The notes: generated from the sequence alone by a model not told the origin. Positions 17,460 through 25,868 are shown, counted from the stretch's first letter. The stretch is DNA of 64,000 nt from Candidatus Poseidoniia archaeon (GCA_030748895.1 JASMLC010000003.1:78594-142593), one strand, 5' to 3'. Numbers and translations: made by a program.

Positions 17460-18244
17460 GCTCTGCTACCGTAGCCAACCTGATGCGCGGGCACATCGAG
17501 AAGCTCGCCGCAGACGGCAAGCGCACCGACGGACGCGAGACCAACGAGTTCCGCGGCGTCAGCATCGAGACCGGACTCATCGGCACCGCCGAGGGGTCTT
17601 CGCGCGTCAGCCTGGGCGATACCACGGTGATGTGCGGCGTCAAGCTGCTGGTCGGCACGCCCTACCCCGATTCCCCGGGACGCGGCAGCATGACCACCAC
17701 CGCCGAGCTGGCGTGCCTCGCTTCGGAGCAGTTCGAGCCCGGGCCGCCGCGTGAGCCCGCTATCGAGCTGGCACGCGTCGTCGACCGTGGCATCCGCGAG
17801 TCGCAGATGATTGACTTCGAGGGTCTCTGCATCGAGCATGGTGCAAAGGTGTGGATTGTCTTCATCGACATGCACATCCTGGACCACGGCGGCAACCTGT
17901 TCGACTGCTGCACGCTTGCCGCCGCGTCAGCGCTTTCGAACGCGAAAATCCCCAACGTCCAGCACGGCATCGCCGACAAGGACGTCGACCTGCCCATCAG
18001 TTGCTGGCCCATCTCCTGCACCTTCGCCAAGCTCGGGGAAGCCATCGTGCTCGACCCGAACCACGACGAGGAGACGGTGATGAGCGCACGGCTGACCGTG
18101 GCGCACGATGAGAACGGCAACCTGCGGGCGATGCAGAAGGGCTACAGCGGCGCCTTCACCCCCGATGAAATCAAGGCTTCAGTCAAGACCGCGCGTACCG
18201 CCGATAAGGTTTTACGCAAGGCGCTGAAAGAGGCCACGAAATGA
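17456..18244 (+). CDS. rrp42: Exosome complex subunit Rrp42
   Basis: [41 protein letters not shown] is the RNase PH-like inactive-subunit pattern. ATGA overlap with rrp41. Confidence 0.9.
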   Translation: MSSATVANLMRGHIEKLAADGKRTDGRETNEFRGVSIETGLIGTAEGSSRVSLGDTTVMCGVKLLVGTPYPDSPGRGSMTTTAELACLASEQFEPGPPREPAIELARVVDRGIRESQMIDFEGLCIEHGAKVWIVFIDMHILDHGGNLFDCCTLAAASALSNAKIPNVQHGIADKDVDLPISCWPISCTFAKLGEAIVLDPNHDEETVMSARLTVAHDENGNLRAMQKGYSGAFTPDEIKASVKTARTADKVLRKALKEATK

Positions 18245-18471
18245 GTCAGGGAACCCGTAAGGTTGGCAGCACCGGCCGCTTCGGCCCGCGCTACGGCGTC
18301 TCCGTCAGGCGACGCATCGGCTCGGTCGAGGCAAAGCAACGCAAATGGCACGACTGCCCCGAGTGCACCAAACCGCGCGTGCGGCGCGTCTCGACTGGCA
18401 TCTATCGCTGCCGCAGCTGCGGACTCGAGTTCGCCAGCGGCGCCTACTACCCGACTCCGGTGGAGAAGTAA
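18241..18471 (+). CDS. rpl37ae: Ribosomal protein L37ae (eL43)
   Basis: TRKVGSTGRFGPRYGVSVRRRIGSVEAKQRKWHDCPECTKPRVRRVSTGIYRCRSCGLEFASGAYYP: a C4 zinc ribbon matching eL43. Confidence 0.9.
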   Translation: MSQGTRKVGSTGRFGPRYGVSVRRRIGSVEAKQRKWHDCPECTKPRVRRVSTGIYRCRSCGLEFASGAYYPTPVEK

Positions 18472-18611
18472 TGGTCAACTACAAATGCTCGGTCTGCGGC
18501 ACTTCGCTCGAGATGGACCTTGAGACGCTCGGGCTGACCTGTCGCAAGTGCGGCAACAAGATTTTCTACAAGAAGCGCCCTTCGACCAAGAAGACAGTCA
18601 TATCTGACTGA
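18471..18611 (+). CDS. rpoP: DNA-directed RNA polymerase subunit P (Rpo12/RPC10 homolog)
   Basis: 46 aa: MVNYKCSVCGTSLEMDLETLGLTCRKCGNKIFYKKR, a C4 zinc ribbon. TAATG overlap with L37ae. In the conserved superoperon position. Confidence 0.75.
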   Translation: MVNYKCSVCGTSLEMDLETLGLTCRKCGNKIFYKKRPSTKKTVISD

Positions 18612-18841
18612 TGCGCGCGTCGCTCGACCTGCGCACCGGCCCCCGCACGGCGGCGGTCGCGGCTGCGCTCGCTCCCGAAGTCGAGGCGGGCGTCCCCAAA
18701 GTCAAGCTGGAGATGAGCAGCGCCGGCGAGCGACTGCGGCTCGAGCTCGAGGCCGAAGACCTTGTCAGCCTGCGCGCCGCGCTCAATTCCTTTTTAGGCT
18801 GGGCCGCCTGCGCGCAGCAGGTGGCTGAAAATGGCGACTGA
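18611..18841 (+). CDS. pcc1: KEOPS complex subunit Pcc1-like
   Basis: 76 aa. The LVSLRAALNSFLGWA motif resembles the Pcc1 LRAS.NS signature, in a small beta-alpha-beta-beta-alpha protein. TGATG overlap with rpoP. Confidence 0.5.
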   Translation: MRASLDLRTGPRTAAVAAALAPEVEAGVPKVKLEMSSAGERLRLELEAEDLVSLRAALNSFLGWAACAQQVAENGD

Positions 18842-19214
18842 CCCGATTCCCGACGACGTGCGGCAGCAGCTGGAGCAGTTCGAGCAGCTGCGGCAGCAGG
18901 CGCAGGCGCTGGCACAGCAGCAGTCGCAGGTCGAGATGGCGGTGCGCGAGGCGGTGCGCACGCTCGAGGAGCTGGATGAGGTCGCGGCCGATACGCCGCT
19001 CTACCGCGCCAGCGGCGCCATCATGGTGCGCGTCGACGACCTGAAGAAGCTGAAGAGCGACCTGAAGGAAGAGCAGGAGACGCTCGAGCTGCGGACGAAA
19101 ACGCTCAAAACGCAAATCGATAAGCTGAATACCCAGTTGCAGGAGATGCAGACACGGCTGACGCCGGTGCTACAGCGGCTGCAGGGTCCGGGTGGTCCCG
19201 GTGCCGGCTCCTGA
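18831..19214 (+). CDS. pfdB: Prefoldin subunit beta
   Basis: Coiled coil, beta hairpin, coiled coil: LEQFEQLRQQAQALAQQQSQVEMAV...LYRASGAIMVRVDDL...ELRTKTLKTQIDKLNTQLQEMQ. Terminal gene of the classical superoperon. Confidence 0.85.
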   Translation: MATDPIPDDVRQQLEQFEQLRQQAQALAQQQSQVEMAVREAVRTLEELDEVAADTPLYRASGAIMVRVDDLKKLKSDLKEEQETLELRTKTLKTQIDKLNTQLQEMQTRLTPVLQRLQGPGGPGAGS

Positions 19215-20163
19215 CCCTGCCGCGCTGGAGGCGGCGCTCGCGCGCGAGCTGCTGCTGCTGGTCCACCACCACGGTGACGCCGACTCGGTCGGCTGCGCCA
19301 TCGCGCTCGCGGAAGCGTTCCCCGGCGCGCGCATCTCCGCCACCGACGGGCTGAGCGCCGCCGGCAAGGTGATGGCAGAGCGGCTCGAGGTCGAAATCGA
19401 GCCCGGACCGCCCGCGAGCTGGGACGGCACCGTGGTCGTCATCGATACATCCAGCCCGGAGCACTGCGCGCCGCTGCCCACCTGCCGCAGCGTAGTGGTG
19501 ATTGACCATCACCAGACCGCGGGCGAATGGCCTGCGGGAACGTTGCTAATACACGAGCCGGAGGCGAAGAGCACCGCCGAAATCGTGACGCGCCTGATTC
19601 CGGAGCTGGGCATCGAGCTGACGCCGCAGATGGCGTTGCCGTTACTCGCCGGCGTCTACGCCGATACCGGCCACTTCCGCCACGCGACGCACGACAGCTT
19701 CGCGGCGGCGCAGGCGCTCACCGCCGCCGGCGGGGAGCCCCGTCAGGCGATGGTGCTGCTCGACCGCGTGCGGCCGCAGCAGCAGCGCACGACGTTCCTG
19801 AAGGCGGCGCAACGGCTCAAGTTTTCGCAAGAGGGCAAGTGGCTGCTGGCGACGACCCGCACCGGCTCGTTCGAGTCGGGGACGGCGCGGCTGATGGTGG
19901 CGCTGGGCGCCGACGTCGCGCTCGCCGCTTCGGGCAACAGGAAAGGGCAGGTGCGAATTTCGAGCCGTGCGTCGAGCGCGGCCATCGAGGCGGGGCTGAA
20001 CCTGGCGCAGCTGCTCGAGGCGCTGGCCGACGAGCAGTCCGGCTCGGCTGGTGGCCATCCGGGGGCGGCCGGCTTCCAGGCGCGGGGCGACCCCGACGCG
20101 CTGCTGGCGATGGCGCGGCGAGAGTGCATCGCGCAGCTGAAATCGCTAGCCGAAGGCGCTTAA
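19192..20163 (+). CDS. DHH/DHHA1 family phosphoesterase (NrnA-like nanoRNase / pAp phosphatase)
   Basis: DHH motifs LLLVHHHGDADSVGCAIAL and VVVIDHHQ. DHHA1 motif GGHPGAAGF. GTG start overlapping the pfdB stop. Confidence 0.8.
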   Translation: MVPVPAPDPAALEAALARELLLLVHHHGDADSVGCAIALAEAFPGARISATDGLSAAGKVMAERLEVEIEPGPPASWDGTVVVIDTSSPEHCAPLPTCRSVVVIDHHQTAGEWPAGTLLIHEPEAKSTAEIVTRLIPELGIELTPQMALPLLAGVYADTGHFRHATHDSFAAAQALTAAGGEPRQAMVLLDRVRPQQQRTTFLKAAQRLKFSQEGKWLLATTRTGSFESGTARLMVALGADVALAASGNRKGQVRISSRASSAAIEAGLNLAQLLEALADEQSGSAGGHPGAAGFQARGDPDALLAMARRECIAQLKSLAEGA

Positions 20164-20184
20164 CCGGGGGGCAGCTGGCGCAGG

Positions 20185-21438
20185 GTGCTGCCGCGAGGAC
20201 TATTCCGCATCTACGGTCTCGTGCTGGGCAACCTGCTGCTGCTGATGGGGGGGCAGCTGGCGTATCTCTATTTCGTCCCGCTGGAGCAGGACGGCACGCC
20301 GCTGCTGCTGCCCGCGGTGCCGCTGCTGCCCTACTTCATGCTCATCATGCTCTGCTCGGGCGCGCTCATCGTCGGGGCGCTGCTACAGAAGATGCCGCGG
20401 CCGCTGCTCTTCATCCCGTCGCGGAAGGGCGGCGGGCTGCCGCCCTTCCGCGGCTACTTCCTGCCGGGGCAGGGCGAGCGCTACTACCATCGCGAACTCC
20501 CCGAGGACGACCTGCCACTGCCCGAGATGGCGCCGCCCGAGGAGCTGGCGGAGCCGCCCTGGATTCAGCCCGTCCCGAGCCAGCCACTCGAGCTGCCGGC
20601 GGCGAAATGGCTGCTGCTCGGCTTCCTGATGGCGATTGCGCTGGGGGTCGCGGTGCTGGCCGAAAAGGGCGAATTCCTGTTGCTCTTTCCGCTGGCGTTC
20701 GTCGCCGCCTTCTCCTTCCCGGCGCTACTCTGGGTGAGCTATATCTACCGCCGCACGCACAGCGGGCCCGAGCCGCAGCGGATGGTGCTGATTGCGCTCT
20801 CGTGGGGCATGTTCGCGACGCTGCCGGCGAGCCTGCTGAACGATGCCGGCGGGCGGCTGCTGGGCGCCGACCCGATGCTGATGCTCGAGGGCGGCGCGCT
20901 CGGCCGGGCCGAAATCCTGCTGGTGACGGTAGTCGCGCCGCTGGTCGAGGAGGCGCTAAAGCCGCTCGGCCTGCTGTTCGTGATGAGCCGGCTGCGGACG
21001 CCGTACGAGGGGGTGCTCTACGGCGCCGCGTGCGGGATGGGGTTCGCGATGATGGAGAACATGCTGTACGACCTGCTGGTGCTGATATGGTACGGCGCCG
21101 ACGCCTGGACCATCAACGCCTTCGCGCGCGGCGTCGGCTCGACCGTGCTGCACGCGGTCGGCCCGGCGCTGGTCGGCTTCGCGCTGGCGCTGTCGCGCAA
21201 CGGCGACTGGCCGGCGAACCGGGTCGTGCCGGCCGCCTATCTCGGCGGTGTCATCATCCACGGCGCCTGGAACGGCGCCGCGACGCTGCCGTTCATCTTC
21301 CCCGACGACCCGCAGATGGCGACCAACTCGTGGGTCGCGCTGGGGCTGGTACTGGTCGCCTGCCTGCTGCTGGTGCGCGAGCTGCTCCGCCGCGGGCTGG
21401 CGTATGACGAGCCGCAGCCGCCGCAGCCTGAACCCTGA
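20185..21438 (+). CDS. PrsW-family intramembrane metalloprotease
   Basis: Polytopic protein carrying the PrsW motifs VVAPLVEEALKPLG, GMGFAMMENMLY and HAVGPALVGFALA. Confidence 0.75.
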   Translation: MLPRGLFRIYGLVLGNLLLLMGGQLAYLYFVPLEQDGTPLLLPAVPLLPYFMLIMLCSGALIVGALLQKMPRPLLFIPSRKGGGLPPFRGYFLPGQGERYYHRELPEDDLPLPEMAPPEELAEPPWIQPVPSQPLELPAAKWLLLGFLMAIALGVAVLAEKGEFLLLFPLAFVAAFSFPALLWVSYIYRRTHSGPEPQRMVLIALSWGMFATLPASLLNDAGGRLLGADPMLMLEGGALGRAEILLVTVVAPLVEEALKPLGLLFVMSRLRTPYEGVLYGAACGMGFAMMENMLYDLLVLIWYGADAWTINAFARGVGSTVLHAVGPALVGFALALSRNGDWPANRVVPAAYLGGVIIHGAWNGAATLPFIFPDDPQMATNSWVALGLVLVACLLLVRELLRRGLAYDEPQPPQPEP

Positions 21439-21463
21439 TATAGTGCCGGTAAATGCAGCCCAG

Positions 21464-21582
21464 CCCGCCTTAGCTCAGACTGGCTAGAGCGGCCGGCTGT
21501 AGGGGTTAAACCTGAAGTCCCGTGAGAACGGGAGGCCGCAGATACCGGCAGGTCCCCGGTTCAAATCCGGGAGGCGGGACCA
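21464..21582 (+). tRNA. tRNA-Tyr (anticodon GTA) with a 41-nt intron at the canonical 37/38 position. CCA is encoded.
   Basis: Manual fold: acceptor CCCGCCT/AGGCGGG (C1-G72), discriminator A73, D-stem GCTC/GAGC, anticodon stem GCCGG/CCGGC, loop CUGUAG with GUA at 34-36, intron 21503..21543, T-arm CCCGG-TTCAAAT-CCGGG. TATA-like tgatatagtg 20-30 nt upstream and a T-tract downstream. Confidence 0.85.
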
Positions 21583-21610
21583 GTTCTACTTTTATAGCGG
21601 TCGTCGAGAA

Positions 21611-22345
21611 CTATTCGGCCGTCACGCCGCCATCGACCGCGACAATCGACCCGGTGGTCCAGCCCGCTTCCGGGCCGCAAAGGTGCAGCGCCATCGCGGC
21701 GATTTCTGCCGGCTGGCCCATGCACCCCATCGGCTGCACGCCCTCCATTTCGGCGCGGTCTTCGGTCCCGGCGTCAATGCGGTCGGTCGCCATCGGCGTC
21801 TCGACCACCGCGGGGCAGATGCAGTTGACACGCACGCGCGGCGCCAGCTCAAGCGCCATCGCGCGCGTCAGGTTCACGAGCCCGCCCTTAGCGGCGCAGT
21901 AGGCGGCCGCGTCGGGGATGCCGCGCAGGCCGAGCGTCGAGCCGATGTTCAGGATGCAGCCGCCGTCCGGCACCAGCGGCAGCAGCGCCCGCGATACGAG
22001 CCACGGCCCCTTCAGGTTGGTGTCGACAACCGTGTCCCAGTCCGCTTCGCTGGTCGTCGTGGCAGAGCCCGGCAGGAACAGCCCAGCGTTGTTGACGACT
22101 ATATCGACCCGCTCGAACTCCGCTTCGAGCCATTTCGCCAGCGTCGCGACGCTGTCGCGGTCAGAGACGTCGGCGACCATCCACTGCGCCCCGCAGGCGG
22201 CCACGGTTTCGCGCAGTGGCGCGTCGCGCCGGCCGCAGATGGCGACGCGCGCGCCTTCCGCGGCGAACCGCTCGGCGATGGCGCGGCCGATGCCGGTGCC
22301 GCCGCCGGTCACGAGCGCGACCTTGCCGTCGAGCGTTCCGCCCAT
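21611..22345 (-). CDS. SDR family oxidoreductase (FabG-like short-chain dehydrogenase)
   Basis: TGGGTGIGRAIA Rossmann motif, NNAG, and the S...Y..AK catalytic triad (YCAAKGG). Confidence 0.9.
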   Translation of the reverse strand: MGGTLDGKVALVTGGGTGIGRAIAERFAAEGARVAICGRRDAPLRETVAACGAQWMVADVSDRDSVATLAKWLEAEFERVDIVVNNAGLFLPGSATTTSEADWDTVVDTNLKGPWLVSRALLPLVPDGGCILNIGSTLGLRGIPDAAAYCAAKGGLVNLTRAMALELAPRVRVNCICPAVVETPMATDRIDAGTEDRAEMEGVQPMGCMGQPAEIAAMALHLCGPEAGWTTGSIVAVDGGVTAE

Positions 22346-22439
22346 GCTGCGCCAGCGCGCCCTGTCATAAAGGCGGCGCGGCGAACTCGCCGCACCGCCG
22401 TGCGGGACAAGGTTAATCCCCGGCGCAGGCTGGCGGAGT

Positions 22440-23690
22440 GTGCGATTCCTGCTGTTGGCAACGCTGCTCGGGCTGGCGCTGCTGGCGCTCGCGCCGCAGG
22501 CCGAGGCGCTCGAGCGGCTGCACAGCTACTACGAGCTGCGCGACGACACCGAGGCGCTGGCGGCGCAGTACCCTGAACTGGCAGTCTACAGCGAGCACGG
22601 CAGCAGCGCCGGGCCGCTCGGGCTCGCCATCTTTTCGGTCGACGTCGCGCTGAACATTACCACGCTCCCCGAGGCGGAGCTGGCGGCGCTGCCGACCTTC
22701 TACATCGACGGCGCGCACCACGGCAATGAAGGCATGTCCTCCGAAGCGGCGTTCCTGTTCCTGCAGGACGTGCTCGAGCGGTCGACGGCCGACCCCGCCT
22801 ACCTGGCGGGCAAGCGGCTGGTGGTGACGCCTATCATGAATACCGACGGCCACCTGCAGGACTGCCGCAACAACTGGAACGGCGTCGACCTGAACCGCAA
22901 CTACCCCTGGATGTGGGGCGCCTACGGCACCAGCGACACCCGCGGCTCCTGCCCCGCGTCGGGCACCTACCGTGGTCCCAGCGCCGGGAGCGAGGGTGAG
23001 ACGCAGGACAACATGGCGCTGATGCGCAGCCTGAACGTCTACGCCTACTTCTCGGGCCACACCGGCTCCAACGACATCGTGCTGCCGTGGAAGATTACCG
23101 GCGATTTCGCGGTGCCAATTGCCGACTGGGCGCTCTACGAACGCTTCCTGAACGAGTCGGCCAACGTCTCGGGGCTCTCCTACCGCGACCCGTCGGGCGC
23201 CGGCGAATCGATTGCGTGGGGCTACGGCGCCCGCGGCGCCATCAGCCTGATTGTCGAAGTTACCACCCTGCAGTGGTCGCCCATCGAGGATTCGACGCTG
23301 CGGCAGGAGCTGGCGAACGAGCTGCTGATGTACGACATGGCGTGGGAAAATCTGCTGAAACTGGGCGGCCGCCCGGTGGTCGTCGCCACCGGCCCCGGTG
23401 AAATCACGGTGCGCAACGACGGCTGGGGCGCCGCCTACAATCTCTCGGCCGGCGGCATTATCCTTGCGCGACTGGAGCCGGGCGAGACCGCCACGGTCGA
23501 CTGGCACGACTCGCAGCTGCGCTACGAGCGCATCCTGCGCAGCGCGGAGCGCGACGTGGACGCCGACGGGGTGGTGCTGCTCGAAGTCGGCACGCCGCTT
23601 CCAGATATCCCGAACCAGCCGGCGCCGGCGGTCTCGCTGCTGACCGCGCTGGCGGCGGTCGGGCTCGCCGCCGCGGGGCGGCGGCGATAG
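22440..23690 (+). CDS. Secreted M14-family zinc carboxypeptidase with a C-terminal TM/RRR anchor
   Basis: Signal peptide MRFLLLATLLGLALLALAPQAEA. Zn-binding-like GAHHGNEG. Carboxypeptidase-like core. C-terminus PAPAVSLLTALAAVGLAAAGRRR. Confidence 0.7.
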   Translation: MRFLLLATLLGLALLALAPQAEALERLHSYYELRDDTEALAAQYPELAVYSEHGSSAGPLGLAIFSVDVALNITTLPEAELAALPTFYIDGAHHGNEGMSSEAAFLFLQDVLERSTADPAYLAGKRLVVTPIMNTDGHLQDCRNNWNGVDLNRNYPWMWGAYGTSDTRGSCPASGTYRGPSAGSEGETQDNMALMRSLNVYAYFSGHTGSNDIVLPWKITGDFAVPIADWALYERFLNESANVSGLSYRDPSGAGESIAWGYGARGAISLIVEVTTLQWSPIEDSTLRQELANELLMYDMAWENLLKLGGRPVVVATGPGEITVRNDGWGAAYNLSAGGIILARLEPGETATVDWHDSQLRYERILRSAERDVDADGVVLLEVGTPLPDIPNQPAPAVSLLTALAAVGLAAAGRRR

Positions 23691-23804
23691 CGCAACCTCT
23701 CTGGCCTCGCCCTGCTCGGCCAGCGGTTGCTGACTGCGCTGGCGGCGGCGACGTTAGCGCAGCGCGCCGTCAGCCTTTTTGACCCCCTGCCCTGCGGCCG
23801 CTGC

Positions 23805-24590
23805 ATGCCTATCGAGACACGCGACGAAGGGACGGTGCGAGTCATCACGCTCAACCGGCCCGCGAAGCTGAACGCGCTGACACTGGAAATGGCGATTGAT
23901 ATCTGCAACGCGGTCGAAGCCGCGGCGGCCGACGCGTCGGTGCGCTGCCTGCTGCTGACCGGCAGCGGCCGCGCCTTCTCGAGCGGCGGTGACGTCGACG
24001 AGATGGGCGAGCACCTGCCGCGCGCGGGCGAGCTGTTCTACCAGCTGACCGACCAGCTGCACGACACTGTCAGCGCGATGCTGACGATGCGAAAGCCGGT
24101 CGTCACCGCCATCAACGGCATCGTCGCCGGCGGCGCTATCGGCATAGCGCTGGCGGGCGATGTGCGCATCGCCGCCGAGTCGGCGCAGTTGCTCTCGGCG
24201 CACCTCAAGCGCGGCTTCGTCCCGGCGGGCGGCGCGACCTACCTGCTGCCGCGTCTCATCGGCCTCAGCCGCACGCAGGCGCTCTTCTTCGGCGGGCGCA
24301 CCCTCACCAGCGCCGAGATGCGCGAGTGGGGGCTGGTGCACCACCTAGTCCCCGACGGGGAGCTGGCGGAGTTCGCGATGGCGGAGGCGCAGCGGCTCGC
24401 CGCCGGGCCGACGCAGGCGATGGGCGAAACCAAGCGGCTGCTGGCGGCGGCCGACAACCTCACCGCCGAGGAGCAGCTCGAGCTGGAGAGCGAGCGCAAC
24501 CGCGATTCAGGCAACGAAGGCGACGCGGTCGAGGGCATCACCGCCTTCCTCGAGAAGCGCGAGCCGGAGTTCGGCCGCGCAGAAAATTAA
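23805..24590 (+). CDS. Enoyl-CoA hydratase/isomerase (crotonase family)
   Basis: VITLNRPAKLNAL, LTGSGRAFSSGGDV, AINGIVAGGAIGIAL, FLEKREPEF. ATG at 23805 inside track ORF 23727..24590. Confidence 0.85.
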   Translation: MPIETRDEGTVRVITLNRPAKLNALTLEMAIDICNAVEAAAADASVRCLLLTGSGRAFSSGGDVDEMGEHLPRAGELFYQLTDQLHDTVSAMLTMRKPVVTAINGIVAGGAIGIALAGDVRIAAESAQLLSAHLKRGFVPAGGATYLLPRLIGLSRTQALFFGGRTLTSAEMREWGLVHHLVPDGELAEFAMAEAQRLAAGPTQAMGETKRLLAAADNLTAEEQLELESERNRDSGNEGDAVEGITAFLEKREPEFGRAEN

Positions 24591-24604
24591 ACTTCTATAG
24601 TCGC

Positions 24605-24680
24605 TGGCGGGCCCGGGGGGATTTGAACCCCCGTATCTGGGTCCGAAGCCCAGCAGGATTCCGGACTACCTCACGGGCCC
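24605..24680 (-). tRNA. tRNA-Arg (anticodon TCG). CCA is encoded.
   Basis: Manual fold of the reverse complement: acceptor GGGCCCG/CGGGCCC, anticodon stem CTGGG/CCCAG, loop CUUCGGA (UCG at 34-36, G37), T-arm GGGGG-TTCAAAT-CCCCC, discriminator G, CCA. Confidence 0.8.
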
Positions 24681-24703
24681 GGGCGCGGATTATGGGGGGT
24701 GCT

Positions 24704-25324
24704 TTAGGCTTGGGGGAGGCGCGCCACGACCCCCGCGACGCGCGGCAGCTCAATGACCGCCAGCACGCGCTGCCGCTCCGCGCACGCCTCGCGCAGTCGT
24801 TGCGCCATCTCCGTCTCGCGGCCGCGCTCGACGGCGGCGTAGCCGCTGAGGCCGCACAGGTGGCGGTCCATTTCGAGCGCGAGTTCCTGCGGCGTCCCGG
24901 CTTCGAAGCCGCGTTTGCGGAGCCGCTTCTCGAGCCGGTCGCAGCGGAACCACTGCCAGGTCGAGACCGATTCCGTGAACAGCGCTGTGAACTCCTCCTC
25001 GGGCAGGTCGAGTGGCTCCACGGGGACGCCGGCGTCATCGGCCAGCGATAGTGCGCGGCGGAGGGCGGGCGGCGGAAGGCGCACGCCGGCGGCGCCCGCC
25101 ACCTGGCGCAGCGCCAAGCCATATAATTCCTCCCAGCCCGAGATGTCGAACGGCTCGCCGTCCCACTCGCGCAGCCCCGCCACTTCGCCGGGGCTGACGG
25201 CCAGCGCCAGCGCCTCTGGCTTCGCAGAGGCCCACGCCGCCTCCAGCTCCGGCAGCTCGCTCGCGAGCCCCTTGACGGTCGGGAAGATGGCGAGCGCGCA
25301 GTCGCCCAGCTTGAGCCGCTCCAT
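24704..25324 (-). CDS. Hypothetical protein, possibly a degenerate TraB/GumN-family protein
   Basis: The C-terminal VERGRETEMAQRLREA...RVLAVIELPRVAGVVARL resembles the TraB ERDRYMA...VVGAGH region. The N-terminal GTAHVS motif is not conserved. Confidence 0.3.
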   Translation of the reverse strand: MERLKLGDCALAIFPTVKGLASELPELEAAWASAKPEALALAVSPGEVAGLREWDGEPFDISGWEELYGLALRQVAGAAGVRLPPPALRRALSLADDAGVPVEPLDLPEEEFTALFTESVSTWQWFRCDRLEKRLRKRGFEAGTPQELALEMDRHLCGLSGYAAVERGRETEMAQRLREACAERQRVLAVIELPRVAGVVARLPQA

Positions 25325-25401
25325 CGCCCGCGCAAGCGCGCAGCGCTAAAAGATGCGGCTATCCATCAGGGGCGGCGGGTCGCCTGACGGGGATTCGCGG
25401 T

Positions 25402-25521
25402 TCAGCCCAGCTTCGCGCTACAGCTGTGGGCGCTGCGGCAATCACGGCAAAGCATCGCTGAACAGCCGCGGCAAGCGGTGAGGGCGGGCGCGCCACACTC
25501 GGCGCAGAGGCCGGCTCGCAT
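25402..25521 (-). CDS. 39-aa Cys-rich zinc-ribbon micro-protein (putative)
   Basis: MRAGLCAECGAPALTACRGCSAMLCRDCRSAHSCSAKLG. An ATG about 22 nt downstream of a TATA-like ctaaatta on the minus strand. Below the track's 60-aa cutoff; coordinates are within about 2 nt. Confidence 0.3.
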   Translation of the reverse strand: MRAGLCAECGAPALTACRGCSAMLCRDCRSAHSCSAKLG

Positions 25522-25537
25522 GAGGGGCGAGGCGCAA

Positions 25538-25549
25538 ACCCTAATTTAG
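25538..25549. promoter_or_regulatory. Palindromic bidirectional TATA element (ccctaatttagc)
   Basis: The only AT island in the gap. About 22 nt from the minus-strand micro-ORF ATG and about 25 nt from the plus-strand GTG at 25570. Confidence 0.35.
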
Positions 25550-25569
25550 CATGGAGGCTGCCGCGCTCC

Positions 25570-25866
25570 GTGTTCAGGGCGAAGAGGATTACCGTGTTCC
25601 TGCCGGGCGACGGCGAGACGCAGGTCTTCGAGAAAGTGAAGTTCCAGTCGAACCCCGAGGTGGGGGTGCTGGCGGTTTTCCCCGGCGAAGGCAAGGAGGC
25701 GCTGGTCTTCTCCGGCCTGAGCTTCCGCATCGAGATGGACGAGAAAGGCGCCAAGGAGTCGTTCGAGATGGCCGAGAAGGCGCACTCGGTCTCGCGCGAG
25801 CAGATGAAGCAGATGTTCGAGCGCGAGTCGGGGCAGGGCGACCGCTTCAGCTCCAGCTTCGGGTAG
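25570..25866 (+). CDS. Small hypothetical protein co-transcribed with the HAD phosphatase
   Basis: 98-aa ORF 2 nt upstream of the HAD gene. No recognisable motif. Start is a GTG at 25570 or 25594. Confidence 0.45.
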   Translation: MFRAKRITVFLPGDGETQVFEKVKFQSNPEVGVLAVFPGEGKEALVFSGLSFRIEMDEKGAKESFEMAEKAHSVSREQMKQMFERESGQGDRFSSSFG

Positions 25867-25868
25867 CC

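Noticed and set aside
19527-21407. 626-aa plus-strand ORF rich in Arg/Ala/Gly
   Set aside because: It overlaps, in an alternative frame, the well-supported DHH phosphoesterase and PrsW protease genes. Its composition (RRGAAGR repeats) is typical of off-frame translation of GC-rich coding DNA.
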